64,000 bases of DNA, from the NCBI GenBank assembly GCA_965603825.1, contig CBFDEM010000028.1, forward strand, positions 62,001-126,000, read 5' to 3'. Position 1 is the stretch's first letter; the number at the start of each line of letters is the position of its first letter. Positions 47,401-58,700 of the stretch are shown here, piece by piece. The notes under the pieces are model-generated. The model saw only the letters and a list, made by a program, of their open reading frames with translations. It was not told the DNA's origin and did not search any database. The translations under genes and the position numbers were made by a program. This DNA is from Blepharisma stoltei ATCC 30299 (Eukaryota; Protista; Ciliophora).

Positions 47401-48979
47401 AAAAATAATCTAGTGGTGTGGCAGATAATTCTGAATAAAACCCGTTGAATTCTACATCAAGCTGAAGGGCTTGTATAGGAATAGGGCTATAGCCATCAAT
47501 ATAAAGAATACTGCTCATATTTTCAGGGATCCCATAAACTACTATAGATTTTGATAGTTTTAAATATGGCCCAACTGTGGTTTCAGCAATTATTTCTGCA
47601 TAATATGAATCTGGATAGGAAAGAGGCCCAGGTGTTACCCTTAATTTCCAATAATCCAATGTAAATGAATAAGAAGTTATAGCATCAATATCAAATCTGA
47701 CATAAAAAAACAGACCAAAGTACCCATAAAATATTTTCCACATCCCGTTGGGGTCAAAATTCCCTCCTACAAGATCTTCAATGTCCATATGAAGCAGCAC
47801 GTCTTGAGCTAGAGGTGTCCTATCGCTAACAACCATTAGTGACGTGTTATTTTCACCAATAACATCTAGAAAAAAATAGTTCAAAGCGTGCTCACTTGAT
47901 TTTATAGGCGATATGACTCCATACATATCATAGCTAGATACCCAGAATACTTCATCAAACTGGTTAGGACTGAAAGCAATTAGTCCTCTTTCGGTGCCAA
48001 CTGTAATTACATTATCTGTCTCATAGTCGTTTTCTTTATATTCAATGCTTAGACTATCCCCGAACCTCGTCAAATCAAAATAAGCCTCTTCGAAGAAAAA
48101 TCCATTAGCACTATTTAGCTCATATAAAATGACACCAATATTAGTATCTAGCATATAAATCAGCCCATCAAAAATTAAGGAATCAATTGGATAAGGGATT
48201 AACTTATCTGCATTAGGTAAAGTAAAATATCGGCTTATAGTCTGAATAAGCACTGGATCAAAAGGATCACTGAAATTATATATAAATAACATACCATTAT
48301 GTGACGCAAAACTTGCTGAAAAAATCCCAGAAATGGGTATTATAGATGTACTTTGTATTTCTGATGAAATTTTTAAACTGGAAGTATATCGGATATCCCA
48401 CAGATCTAATAAAACCGGCAGTCCAGGGTTTTCTATATCTGTGACATTCATTACATATAAGTCATTTCTCGTCACGTTTTGCCCATCAACTTCTTCTAGC
48501 TGTCCTAATAAAATAACCGCAAATTTGCTGTTATCATTTGTGAATAAGGCGACTTGTAATATATTAGGATCCATATGTTGATATTCCAAGCTTTGATTCC
48601 AATGGAGAGTTAATTCTCCGCTTGTTAGCATCAAGCTATAAATTTCTATATAATTTTGGTAAAACCCAAACATAATCATCTTATTTTCGGATCGAAAAGA
48701 GGTAATTTTTCGTTGGTTAGGAGTTTCTTGCACTGCAGGCCCTCTCAGGCCTGCATATTCTATTGAATTAGAGGCATTGAAACTGACTGGATCGAAAATT
48801 TGAAGATTCTCACTTGTAAAGTTGGCTTCACCAACAGAAAAGGTTAAATCTTCACCTTCAAAGAAGTCATTTAAATTGAGAGTTAAATATTCATTCTTTG
48901 ATAAGTATGCGACGAATAAGTCTTGCATGACTCCGTATGCAGATTCTAGTAAAACTACAAGGAGAAAAGAGATTACCAT
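44483..48979 (-). CDS. Large type I membrane/surface protein with three repeated beta-rich modules, 1498 aa
   Basis: Signal peptide, a single C-terminal TM followed by KKSKR and a short tail. Recurring motif LNDFFEGEDLTF / PLDYFSGPNLNF / FSGFYQGQNVKS; many N-x-S/T sites. Confidence 0.9.
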   Translation of the reverse strand: MVISFLLVVLLESAYGVMQDLFVAYLSKNEYLTLNLNDFFEGEDLTFSVGEANFTSENLQIFDPVSFNASNSIEYAGLRGPAVQETPNQRKITSFRSENKMIMFGFYQNYIEIYSLMLTSGELTLHWNQSLEYQHMDPNILQVALFTNDNSKFAVILLGQLEEVDGQNVTRNDLYVMNVTDIENPGLPVLLDLWDIRYTSSLKISSEIQSTSIIPISGIFSASFASHNGMLFIYNFSDPFDPVLIQTISRYFTLPNADKLIPYPIDSLIFDGLIYMLDTNIGVILYELNSANGFFFEEAYFDLTRFGDSLSIEYKENDYETDNVITVGTERGLIAFSPNQFDEVFWVSSYDMYGVISPIKSSEHALNYFFLDVIGENNTSLMVVSDRTPLAQDVLLHMDIEDLVGGNFDPNGMWKIFYGYFGLFFYVRFDIDAITSYSFTLDYWKLRVTPGPLSYPDSYYAEIIAETTVGPYLKLSKSIVVYGIPENMSSILYIDGYSPIPIQALQLDVEFNGFYSELSATPLDYFSGPNLNFSLQINSIPSDFSFNYSTYEKINYLQSVPMNMALTSVQLIEVEIFLYTDSGIYTFYYGETEPALWLSLMNPISTVICPQGWLVYSLPTPDSPFINLIADGTNSTIQTWSPMTNCDIFFAYEDYMICGGSQLLDLYKTNSPSSLYYKMVQVSSELFQTDLYIIDATVTSPSESFPDSYLYILDKFNGVHIIDLNFIYNGEIPILPYSIDKNNVINAVRIIGTQEQIYIVFSDGTVDAYTTTLVFIRRISGKYTGIYYSTQNIENLLFIHIGDRVAVLDGLQTTHSSLISYIPINESCQFDVSSEFDMYWGMIGTLCTANFSQSLSFYGSNCPTMPYDEPCELYIYGGINITSPASASQAQYIANLTLVASNEVSSIFLPVLLNIFPDGENIWINEQLWNISQQLVIDYDIETILDFSGFYQGQNVKSYLNINGKYPTFNYQGPNYVPAIKWPQMILTDHYEGDYDETFTDHTVIKNTNRVIVTSSIQGLLIFNLTDIPNQEGMDSPDIPIEHILNVSDYINGTNPVCSVIEGVGTQGDFTLFVTACQYQMTEEFSWNEEKTVNLTLTQFALVLWEYDFVHCHVNRTKILLVEFYPAWLKVIPSDNYDFMLLSIDTADKADYENYRNNHVIRISGHWDSHTLDLIQVEIIDFHSLGLPAFYASAVDGVYSSNDLFLYVADHWYGIRILQTQNDNVNEISAIVGGLPMKDGDYIVSVGVCGNFLFTGTVGTKIHQFLLNSKSSPSIMTRFYPYNNTLNEYIGLTSLIVCSDYYQPDFIASSIRSSRNELYIRIYNTKVSQANSIMYDMPISPQLLPYSTGSVEFLNSYTVTAIGALTPWLRSYVLKKPEIIIPRMTPNEYQEMMKIWGIDTFELFITLINENMALNTTPICLRRTIPGSNDNDEGFQYNYNDNSWWIWLILGSCIFIILILACIMARYFLKKSKRPPVENERPLFLTNFSDFENDEYFD

Positions 48980-49053
48980 TATTTTTATTTAAATATTCTG
49001 AAGTGATAATAAATAAAGGCTAGTTATATCATGCACCCAAGGTAAATGATGTT

Positions 49054-49488
49054 TTAGCTATTTTTCGCCGTTTCTTTCGTAATTAGGTCTTGGAGGAAGT
49101 CAAAAATATCGGTTTTATTAATGCAAGCTGTGATATGGTTTTTTTGTAAGATTCTACGCTTTCCTTCTTCTGTGTGGATTCAGGCTCGATGAGTTAGCTC
49201 GATTATAAATAATTCGCAAGCTTTGCCGAATAAAGCTGGGGTTTCAGAGCTTATCATTCGGACGTCTTCATCAGATTTCATTATTTTTTTGATTCTGGCT
49301 AAGGGTAATTGGTGATTCTTAAAATCATCAGGAGCGAAGTTTTCAACTTCGAGTTTTTGTGCGTTAATTAATTTATCAAGATTTTTTATATGTTCTTGAT
49401 AGGCTGATTGGTCAAAATTTTCTTCTGATGTGGGAGGCATCATATAAAATCCGAGCATTGAGTCTTTACTGATTCTTTTGGATTCCAT
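49054..49488 (-). CDS. NFYC: NF-Y subunit C (histone fold), 144 aa
   Basis: [38 protein letters not shown](W)IHTEEGKRR with TGA at 49180, DIFDFL. Confidence 0.96.
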
Positions 49489-50215
49489 TATTTTATTATA
49501 GAGTTAGCTCTTATTATAAGGATTTTACTAAATTTAAGATTTATGCAGTTTATGAAGAAAGCAAATTAAAATAAACTTAATCGAACAAATTTGATAAATA
49601 GAATAGAATTTAATGAGAAGTTCAGCAATTCTTAATGAAGTTTTGTATTTGAATGAAAAATAGAAAATCAATAATAAATTTTATTTATTATAATTTATTT
49701 AGTGGAAAGAATTAATGAGTTCAAATTAGTTTGAATACTTATAAAAAATTAAAATCAATTTTTATTGAACAATGATGAAATTGTGGATTAAATTTATTTA
49801 AGAGATTTTAGCCATAGAATCACTTGAAAAAAATTAATTTTGCAGAAATTTATAATTTAAACATAAAATATTTATGATTTTTGAATTTTATTTGCAATTA
49901 AGACATTTTGTTTGCATTTATGGAGGTTACATATTTATTTTTCAAAATTCAAACAAGCTTTATTTCAAAATTTTAATCAAATTTAATTAATCTTTCATTA
50001 GAATATCTTGCTAGCTAATAGATATATTTATTTTTTTAAGGAATAGCACTGCTAATTGGCAAACTCATGAAACTTTGAAATTTGGCTAAAAAGGAGCTTC
50101 TATCAACCCTACTTGAATAATTCAAAATCTACTCGTATATTGCACTGGATTTAGATACAAAAAATTACATATATCGATTTAGAAGCTTTTATTTGGTTCT
50201 TTATGCTATTTTACT

Positions 50216-50925
50216 ATGCACATCTGTTATACTGCACAAATCCATAATAGAACAATGGACAGTGATATCAACAACTTGTATTGGGCATTTCCGCAATACA
50301 CTCAAAATTTGCCAAAATTCGATGAGCTACCTCAAGGTTGTGTTTGGGTGCCTTGCATCCCCGACTTTACTACCAATACCTATATCCCCATATATAATCT
50401 TCATGCCCAAATCCACCTTCCCTCGAATACAAAAACCCAAGCTTGTAAGAGCGAAAAAATAAAGATCAGCCGAGGTGGTATAAAAACTCTGCCTTGGAAA
50501 GAAAGCGAGGACAAACTTCTTCAAGACCTTGTTGAGCTTCATGGCTTGAAGAAATGGTCATTAATCTCACAAGAGATTAATAAAGCCTTATATGACGGAA
50601 ACGAGATGCGAAAAGGTAAACATTGTAGGGAAAGGTGGCACAATCATTTGGATCCAGGACTTAACAGTAAGATTTATACGTAGAAGGAGAATGGTCATAT
50701 GAGGAAGATATTTATTTGTTACAGCTAAAAGAACAATATGGAAATAGGTGGAGCTTAATTTCTAAAGGGCTTCAAGGGAGGAACGAAAATAGCGTGAAAA
50801 ATCGGTGGAATTGCCTGATTAAGAGGGCAAGGCAAGATCCTGAAATGCAATATTATTCTTCTGATACAATAACGGCGATTCTTATAAAAGAATTACAAGA
50901 GCAAAGAAGCCAAACGAATAACTAA
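50216..50925 (+). CDS. R2R3-MYB transcription factor; 17-nt intron 50667-50683; start codon uncertain
   Basis: WKESED...KKWSLI...RKGKHCRERWHNHLDPGLN|KGEWSYEED...YGNRWSLI...GRNENSVKNRWN after removing gtaagatttatacgtag. Confidence 0.93.
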
Positions 50926-51226
50926 TTAATTTAATAGCTTTGGCTTTAAAAGCTGCTCTTTTGCATTAAGTATTCTTAGTCAAGCAATTAAAAAAAATGG
51001 TCTGTGATAAACTAGACATAAAAGATTAAAAGCTATAAATTAAAAAAAATTAAATAAATTGGCTTAAAACCTTCCTAACTATTAATTATATAAAAACACG
51101 AAATAATTAAAATTAATATTTATTTGTGAATTTGCTAGCAAGAAAATGATTTTATATTTCGAAATATTTTCCACAAAACCACTTTTTAGCATACACAAAC
51201 AAATTCTTCTGATTTTCTAAATTTTA

Positions 51227-52183
51227 ATGTCGAAAGATTATTGGATTATTGACACAGATGCAGGTGTTGATGACTGCCAAGCCTTAGCTCTTGCATTTTC
51301 CTGTCAAGATTCCCATAATTTCGAAGTTTTAGCTATCACAGTTCTTGCTGGAAATGTACTTTTACCTCAAGCTATAATGAACATAGCTGAAACTTTAAAA
51401 GCTTGCAATAAAGAAAACATCCCTTTCTACATCGGAGCAGACAGACCTCTTATAAGCACACTTACCCCAGCCACACACATTCACGGGGTCGACGGTCTTA
51501 ACAACTATTGACAAAGAGAAGGAAAATCCCGTGAAGACCACATCAAGCCCCAATCCAAGAGTGCTGTCCAAGCTATAATAGATTTAGCTCACGAATATTC
51601 TGGCAACATAAATATTGTGACTATTGGACCTCTCACAAATTTAGCCTTAGCTGCTTGTCAAAACCCAGAAATTATTAGTATGTTTAAAAGAGTTTTAGTA
51701 ATGGGAGGAGCAGTCCACTATAGAGGAAACAGATATATCACTAATGAGTTTAATATTTGGTGTGACCCTGAAGCAGCTCATATAATTTTTGAAAGATTTC
51801 CAAGCATTGAGCTTGTCCCTTGGGAAACTTGTATAGATAAAGAGCATTTATTAGATTTGGACTTTTTAAGGAGCTATATAAGTGGGACATCAAGGGTAGG
51901 GAAATTTATAGGAGAAATTACAGCTGTTAGGGAAGGCAGGACTACTGTGCATTTTTGCGACCCTTTAACGTTGGCTGTAGCAATTGATAGGAATGTGGTT
52001 GTTTCTGGAAGCAAAAGAAAAGGAGTGATTGAGCTGAAAGGAACGACAACGAGAGGAATGACGTTAATAAATTGGGGATCGTCAGATATGGAGGAAATAA
52101 ATGAAGCAGTTCCAAATTTGTTTATTGTGGAGAAGGTAAATATGGAAATAGTAAAGCAAATGCTATTAAGTTCTATTAACTAA
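51227..52183 (+). CDS. Inosine-uridine-preferring nucleoside hydrolase
   Basis: IIDTDAGVDD, AGNV, IHGVDGL, TIGPLTNLA, MGG, EFNIWCDPEAA, CDP; TGA at 51509. Confidence 0.96.
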
Positions 52184-52295
52184 ACTAATGATTAGATGCA
52201 AAAATTTATAATATAATAATTGTTACAGTATTATTGATTATCTAAAACCTCATAGTAAAGATACAACATCAATTCTTAACTGGTTTCATGCTGCT

Positions 52296-52979
52296 ATGAA
52301 ATTTAAAAATATTGCGGTATTAGCAAGATAGAAGAAAATGGGTATGAAGGATGTGAGGTGACCAAAAAAATAGGAGGGGAGCGTTAAGCAGGATGAGCTC
52401 AAAAAATAAAAGCGTAGGCCAAGAGAAAACATGCTAAAAATGAAAATAAATAAAATTAAAAGATAAAACGTATGAGTGACAAAAGTCGACCAACAGTAAC
52501 ACACTACAACGAACGTACTCTGAGAGAAAAAATACGGACCGTACTAATACCACAGTTGAAGAGCAGCTGGACACCGACAACTGACATACACACACTAGTG
52601 TGTACGACAGCCGAAACAGTCTACTCTCCACTTGCGACACTGGTGGATGCAGAGACTCTTATAGAAGAAGCAGAGCAAGGGATACAGGAACTGACACAAA
52701 GCAATCTAGCAAATACGCATAACCAAATACTGAAAGTGCTAGCAACTCAAATAGGAGAGCTACGAAGCTATCCAACAGAAACAGGATGGTACAGTAGGGA
52801 ATATGTGGATCTCTGTTGTTGCACGATCTTTACATATCACGAGCTAATCGGAGAGCTAGTAAACGAAATAAGGCATGACAAAATATAAGCACAAATAAAC
52901 AACAAAGAGGAGAGACAAAATGAGTACAGAAGTTGCCGGTAACCCAGGCTTGACAATGAGCCGGATGATATTTAAAAAT
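52296..52979 (+). mobile_element. Possible inserted foreign fragment bounded by a 14/15 direct repeat
   Basis: atgaaatttaaaaat (52296-52310) and atgatatttaaaaat (52965-52979) bracket the A/purine-skewed segment. No transposase, RT motif or terminal inverted repeat seen. Confidence 0.35.
52472..52888 (+). CDS. Orphan 138-aa ORF within a compositionally atypical island
   Basis: ATG to TAA with no intron and no TGA. Thr-rich, with many ACA/ATA/CTA/GCA codons and a T-poor plus strand, unlike neighbouring genes. Confidence 0.55.
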   Translation: MSDKSRPTVTHYNERTLREKIRTVLIPQLKSSWTPTTDIHTLVCTTAETVYSPLATLVDAETLIEEAEQGIQELTQSNLANTHNQILKVLATQIGELRSYPTETGWYSREYVDLCCCTIFTYHELIGELVNEIRHDKI

Positions 52980-53324
52980 TATCTTTTTAAATGTAGCCTA
53001 GCTTTTAATATATCTAAACATATAATTTTATTACTAAACTGTGCAATTTTTAGTACAAAAAGAGAAAATAATTCCTATGTTATAAGAAAAGTTATGATTA
53101 TTTTTAAATATAAATTTCAGTCAAAAATGTTTCTGTCTATTTTTCATATTTTTCATGCATATTCTGATAAATTTTTAATTTTATATCCAAGAAAGCTGTC
53201 TCTTTTTATCAAATATTAACATTTTGAAGATATTTAGTTTACAAAGCACTTGTCTTATAATAAAATTTAATAAATTCTCTCTTAATCTTTGAATATATAA
53301 AATTATCAAATCTTATTAAATTAA

Positions 53325-53987
53325 ATGTCAATAAAGAGATCAGGAATTTCCCGAGACGAATCACTCAGAGCTTTTTGCTTAATAAACTATTTAATAGAAC
53401 AACCTGAAAGTCTGGAATTTCAAAATCCGGTCGACTATAAAGCCCTCAGATTAGAAGACTATCCAGCTATAATCAGAAATCCAATGGATCTTAATACAAT
53501 CAAAAAGAAACTTAAACTGTCACAATATCAAGGATTAAGCGAGGTTTTAGCAGATTTATCATTGATATGAAATAACTGCAGAACTTATAACACAAGCGAT
53601 ACATTTGTATATTGCCAGGCAGAAGTGATGGAAAGACACATGACTCGTTACTGCAATCAGCATGGCATTCCCTATGATTTTTCTATAAAAAGGCCTACCA
53701 TCGACTCAGAGGCAAAAGTTTCTGATCTTCAAGAAAAAATTGACTTGAGTATGAGAATTAAATATGTAAACCACAAAACCCTGGCTCAGATTGTAGAACT
53801 GATAGAAAAAGAATGCCCACATATAATCCAAAGACTTGCAGAAGAAAAAATTCAGCTTCGGTTTGATGCCATTGATAAAATTACTTTAAGGAAAATAGCA
53901 AAGTAATTTTAAATTAGATTGACATACGAAGAAATAGGAGAAGAAGAAAATTGCTCTGGGCCTATAAAGAAATTAAAAACAAACTAA
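53325..53987 (+). CDS. Bromodomain plus ET-like domain protein (BET/GTE-like); intron 53903-53917
   Basis: FQNPVDY...DYPAIIRNPMDLNTIKKKL, LI(W)NNCRTYN with TGA at 53568, and ET-like EKIDLS..I.....LAQIVELI...IQLRFDAID. Confidence 0.92.
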
Positions 53988-54008
53988 TAATTAATACACA
54001 TCTAAGAT

Positions 54009-55657
54009 ATGGACGAAGAATTAGTTCCACCTGACTTTTTGCTAGATCCCCATATGTTTGAAGCTATTTTTTTCCGAAAGCAAGGCTGCTATAGCCAGCT
54101 TCGACAGCTTGCTTTAGAAGGCCACTTAGGGAGTCTCCACAACCGATTTATTTCTTGGAAAATTTTTTTAGGGTTATTGCCTGAGAATGGATCTCTTGAT
54201 GAGTGAATTTTAGAGACCCGAAAATTGCGAGAAGCATATAGCGCTCTTCAAGATCGCTACACAGTAACATTTATATAGAAAGTCCAATCAGACAATCTAG
54301 ATCCGTTAATTTTCAACCCTTTATCTTGCACTTCAGATGTAATTTATTATTCAGCTAGAACCCTTGAAACAAGCTTCATGCTGATAATGAAATAAAAGAC
54401 TTAATTAAGCTTGATATAGACAGAACCTTCCAAGACCGCTTACTTTTTCAACACCCTGAGGTAAAAAGTTTGCTTGTGACTGTATTATTTATCTGAGCTA
54501 AAGAGCACTCAAGTTTGCTATATAAACAAGGGATGAATGAATTATTAGGAATTTTTTTTTTTGTAGCTTTTGCGGAACACGCAACAGAAAATATGAATAT
54601 TGACCCTGAAGCTGACCAATATTTGTCTGAACTTAATAGTCCAGCAGGAATTGAAGCTGATATTTATTGGATTTTTAATAGACTTATGGAGATAGGGACT
54701 ATGGAATTGTTTAACCCAGTTGTGAATATAAAAAAACCTGATAAAAATGATGAGTTATTTGCTTTGAGCTATGAAAAGGAAATAAATGATATGGCAAATA
54801 AGGATAAAAGCCATGAAAAAGATGCTTCGAGCGTGTTAAGAAGATGCCATAGGATCCATCATACTTTTCTACAGACTATTGATAGAGAACTATATAACCA
54901 TATGGAAAGCTGCAAAATAGAGCCGAATATTTATTTACAAAGATACTTACGATGTATGCTGACAAGAGAGTTTACATTAGCTGATTCCTTAGTAATTTGG
55001 GATGCATTATTTGCATCCCTCGCTCAACCAATACAAAGAAATAGAGAAATAATTCTTTTGGATTTTATGTGTGTGGCGATGTTTATATTTGTAAGATCAC
55101 ATTGTAATTTTTATTTAGTGTTAGAATGTGATGATTCAGGAATATTAAGAAGGCTACTAAGATATCCACCTGTAGAAGATGTCCATGTTATTATAAGCTC
55201 AGCTTTAAGCTATAAAGAGAAAATGACTAAATCAAGACCAAGTGCTATATCAAGAATGGTTTCAAGTAGCAGCGACTCTAGGAGAAGCGAAATAATTCAT
55301 GGTTACCCTTTACATTCTCACAGCACAGAAGCAAATTCCAACTCAAAATCAGAAGACTCATCTCCGGATTTTAAAGAAAGAAACAGAAGTTTTCCTATAA
55401 GACCAGAAAAAACTGACCCTTTATCCGATACAAATGACCCTTCAAATAAGAATCCACCTGTAAAAGTCAGCGTAAAAACAATTGAAGAACTAACTTCTGC
55501 AATCGAAATTCTAGGAATACAAATCCAAGAGAATAATTTAAATGAAAAAGGTATGAAAGAAGCATTAAAGCATTTAATAATCCTAAAAAGCGAGCTAGCA
55601 AAAGAAATATCCAAAAAAGACCAGACAAAAACTCCGGATCCACTAAGGAGAGCTTAA
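54009..55657 (+). CDS. TBC1D5: TBC Rab-GAP (TBC1D5-like); introns 54264-54278, 54339-54358 and probably 55104-55118
   Basis: RFISWKIFLG, FNPLS...NP(W), IKLDIDRTF (Arg finger), YKQGMNEL (Gln finger), IEADIY, RYLRCMLTREF, WDALF. Confidence 0.9.
54339..54358 (+). other. Putative 20-nt intron with a competing internal acceptor at 16 nt
   Basis: gtaatttattattcag|ctag: only the distal AG keeps the frame into NPW...DIDRTF. Confidence 0.75.
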
Positions 55658-55733
55658 AATATAAATAATTCCTCCTGCTAATTCTTTATATGCTTTCTTA
55701 TAATTTCGTTATTATCACAATTAATAACTAAAT

Positions 55734-58700
55734 ATGGAAATCCAAACATTGCAAGTTGCTTATCACGATGAAGCCAATATATGATCATCAATAGAAGGGA
55801 ACCTTAAAAGCTTTCTCCCTCTAGCTAACATCTCATGTTTAGTAAATCAAGTAGACCAGCCTTTGCCTCCACTTAATCTCAAATTCGTGCCAAGCAAAGA
55901 AATAATTTGGGAAACCAATATAGAAGATTCATTTCAAAAACCTTACCTCTGAATTTGCATTTTTGTATGCGATGATATCGAATTATTTAAATCAGAAACA
56001 AAATACAAGCTTGGGGATTTAATTAGCTTTGTAATTTCAAAACAATTGGAATGGCTTGTATTATATGTTCCTACTATTGAAGAAATACCGAAGAAGAAGC
56101 ATAGAAGCTATATGAAAATCTATGATAATATCCAGAACTTTTTATTTGCCACTTTTGGGGTTAGGCAATGTGTCAAGTTGTATAACTCAACAAATAAGCA
56201 ATTTTTTTGGCAGGAGCAGCTGGAAGATAACACAATTTCTTATTTTTCTGAGTTTCTTATCTCTATGAGCAAAAGTTTAGGGTGCTCTTTGAATAGCCGA
56301 ATTAAAGGATATATAGAAAATTTAGATCAGCCATTAGACTTTACACATCTGGTTCTGTCAAAAGATGGGCTGGCTTTGATTTATGCAATGATTGGTATGT
56401 TTTTGGAATCTAAAGCCTGCTACGATAATATTTTAGAATTTTTAGATAATTTCACCAAAAAATCCTTACCTCCTATCTCTTCTGAATCCATCAATAACAA
56501 TGAAATTACTACAGAAGATTTTCGAACCCATATCAAGCTGAGCACAGCTGACGAATTAATAATCAGAAAATATATTTTTGCTAACCAAAAAAGGCTGCTT
56601 AACAGAAGAGAATATTTTGTTCAGCTCGGAGAAAGTTGTGTAAGCTATATCAATACTTTAATACAAGTTTTCAGTCCTTTTGAAGAAGAATACTTAAAAA
56701 AATGTGGCGAGCTCTGGATTTATAAAAATTCCTTTGCTATTGCTGAGCAACTCTATGAGAATATTCAATGTAATTATAATATAGCACTTTCTGATGAGGA
56801 TTATACAAAAACAAGTTTAAAAGAAAACATCGTGGATTTGTTGCAGATTTCAAAAAGTCGGCTGGAAAGGCTGGGGATTGTAATTTTTGGGATCAATGGG
56901 ATTATTGTAAAATTTAAATAGCCTTCTCTAGAAGATTTTAAAAGTTTTTTGTTCGATTTATCATCCCATGCGCTTGAAAATCGAAAAAGCTCGGTTGAAA
57001 TATTCCAAGACGACGAAGAAGAGGAAGAATACCCAGGAAAAGTCTCAGAAATCACAAGCAAAACAAAATACCAAGAAATTCTTTTAGAAATGACTGGGAA
57101 GCTTTATAATTGTTCAACAGAAAAAAGGCTATCAAATTTTTATAAGGTCGAGCATGGGATTTTACTTACAAAAAAGCACAGATACGAAGAAGGAGCCAAA
57201 GTTTTAAGCTCAGCAAACCTAGAAGAATGGACTGGCTTAGAATATATTGCGCTTTCTCATCTATTTCAATGTTACCTTAAGTCTTTTAAATATTCTGAAG
57301 GCTTAGAAACCGCTATAAAAATGTGTAAAAACTCAAAATACCTGTCTGAAAGAGAGGTCACAAAAATATGAAAATCAATTGTCCAAATCAGCCAGGTCTC
57401 CCCACAGATTGTAATTCAGTCTATGTCAATTTTTAAGGTAAATTTAGTTGTGAACTCTCATAGGCTGAAACAAGGAGATTTCTTAATAGCGACTTGCTCA
57501 CTATATAATTACTTGTCGTGTGACGTCAATCCAAATCAAATTATTGCAATGTTCTCATACAACGAAAACCACCAAGAAATGTATTTAAAAGCTGAACAAG
57601 GAACATTGTATCCAGGCCAAAACTCATTTAATTTGACAGGAGTAGTATGGTTTCATGGTAAACTTACATCATCTGTGCTGCTTATTGACATAAATAACGC
57701 TCGATTTGAGGTAAGCATGAACAATATTATAGTCCAAGTCGAAGAAAATACCAGAAGTGTGACTTTAATACACAAAGTGCCTTCCTTATTAGTATATGAC
57801 CAAGAACAGCTTCTTGCTGTGGAAATATCGACAAGACAAGAATCAATCCAAGATGGGGTACTAGATTTGCAAGACTCCAAGGTAATTTATAAGCAGATTT
57901 TATGCTCCACCAACTGTGCTGATTGTATTAGCTACTCATCAGATGGGAAAACGTCGTTTAAGCTTCCTATGAAAAATTGCAAAATTGAACTGAGAGAACT
58001 GCCACCTCAGTCTAGGACATTTATAATATTAGAAATTATTGCGTGAAGGCCGAGAGAAACTTCGACAAGCCCAAAATCGAGGTCTTCGAGACTTTCAATA
58101 GGAAGCTTGGGGAAATCTATTAATGGGTCTATTAAAAGCTCAGTTTTGAGCCGTCTAAATACGTGCTCTGAAACCCATAATTTTACAGCGATTTTAAGAT
58201 ACAGTAAAAATGGGCAGATGAGGGAAGAAATTTCTCATTCAGAACTTTCTTATGTGGAGCCTGTCAGAGTGACAAAAAATTTTTATAAGAGAGAAGGAAA
58301 ATGTTTTCTTCAGCTGATAATATTAAACTGTGCAAGAATCAGCTTAGAAATATTGCAATGAGAGTTTTCAGGGTGTAGGATTGAATATGACCCGAACCCA
58401 CAAAACCAAAGATTGCGGACAGCCCAGCAGCTACATATGATATTCATCATAACTGACATTGAGAAGCCTGTTGTGTACATTCAATACTGTGCAGTTAGGA
58501 AAAATGACTCGAGAATGCACGTGGATCCCATTATTGATAACAAAATGAGGTACCAAACTTTTACTATGAAAAAAGAGCTGCTGCCTGAAGAAGTAGCAAT
58601 CATAAGATGCAGTGAACCTGTATTTTATGGAAAGCCATGCTTAATTTACATTACGATTTTTACTAACAAAACAGTGAAGGTAAGGATTGAATGCTCCAAA

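Noticed and set aside
34657-49488. NF-YB and NF-YC as a functional gene cluster
   Set aside because: They are 14 kb apart with unrelated genes between them, and both families are commonly multi-copy.
52904-52980. Resemblance to synthetic parts (aaagaggaga RBS; gagccggatgat, the reverse complement of part of the trc promoter)
   Set aside because: The matches are only 10-12 nt, in inconsistent order and orientation, with no other vector sequence.
52920-53219. 99-aa track ORF as a real gene
   Set aside because: After about 16 codons it runs through AT-rich intergenic-type sequence with F/I/K/Y-biased translation.
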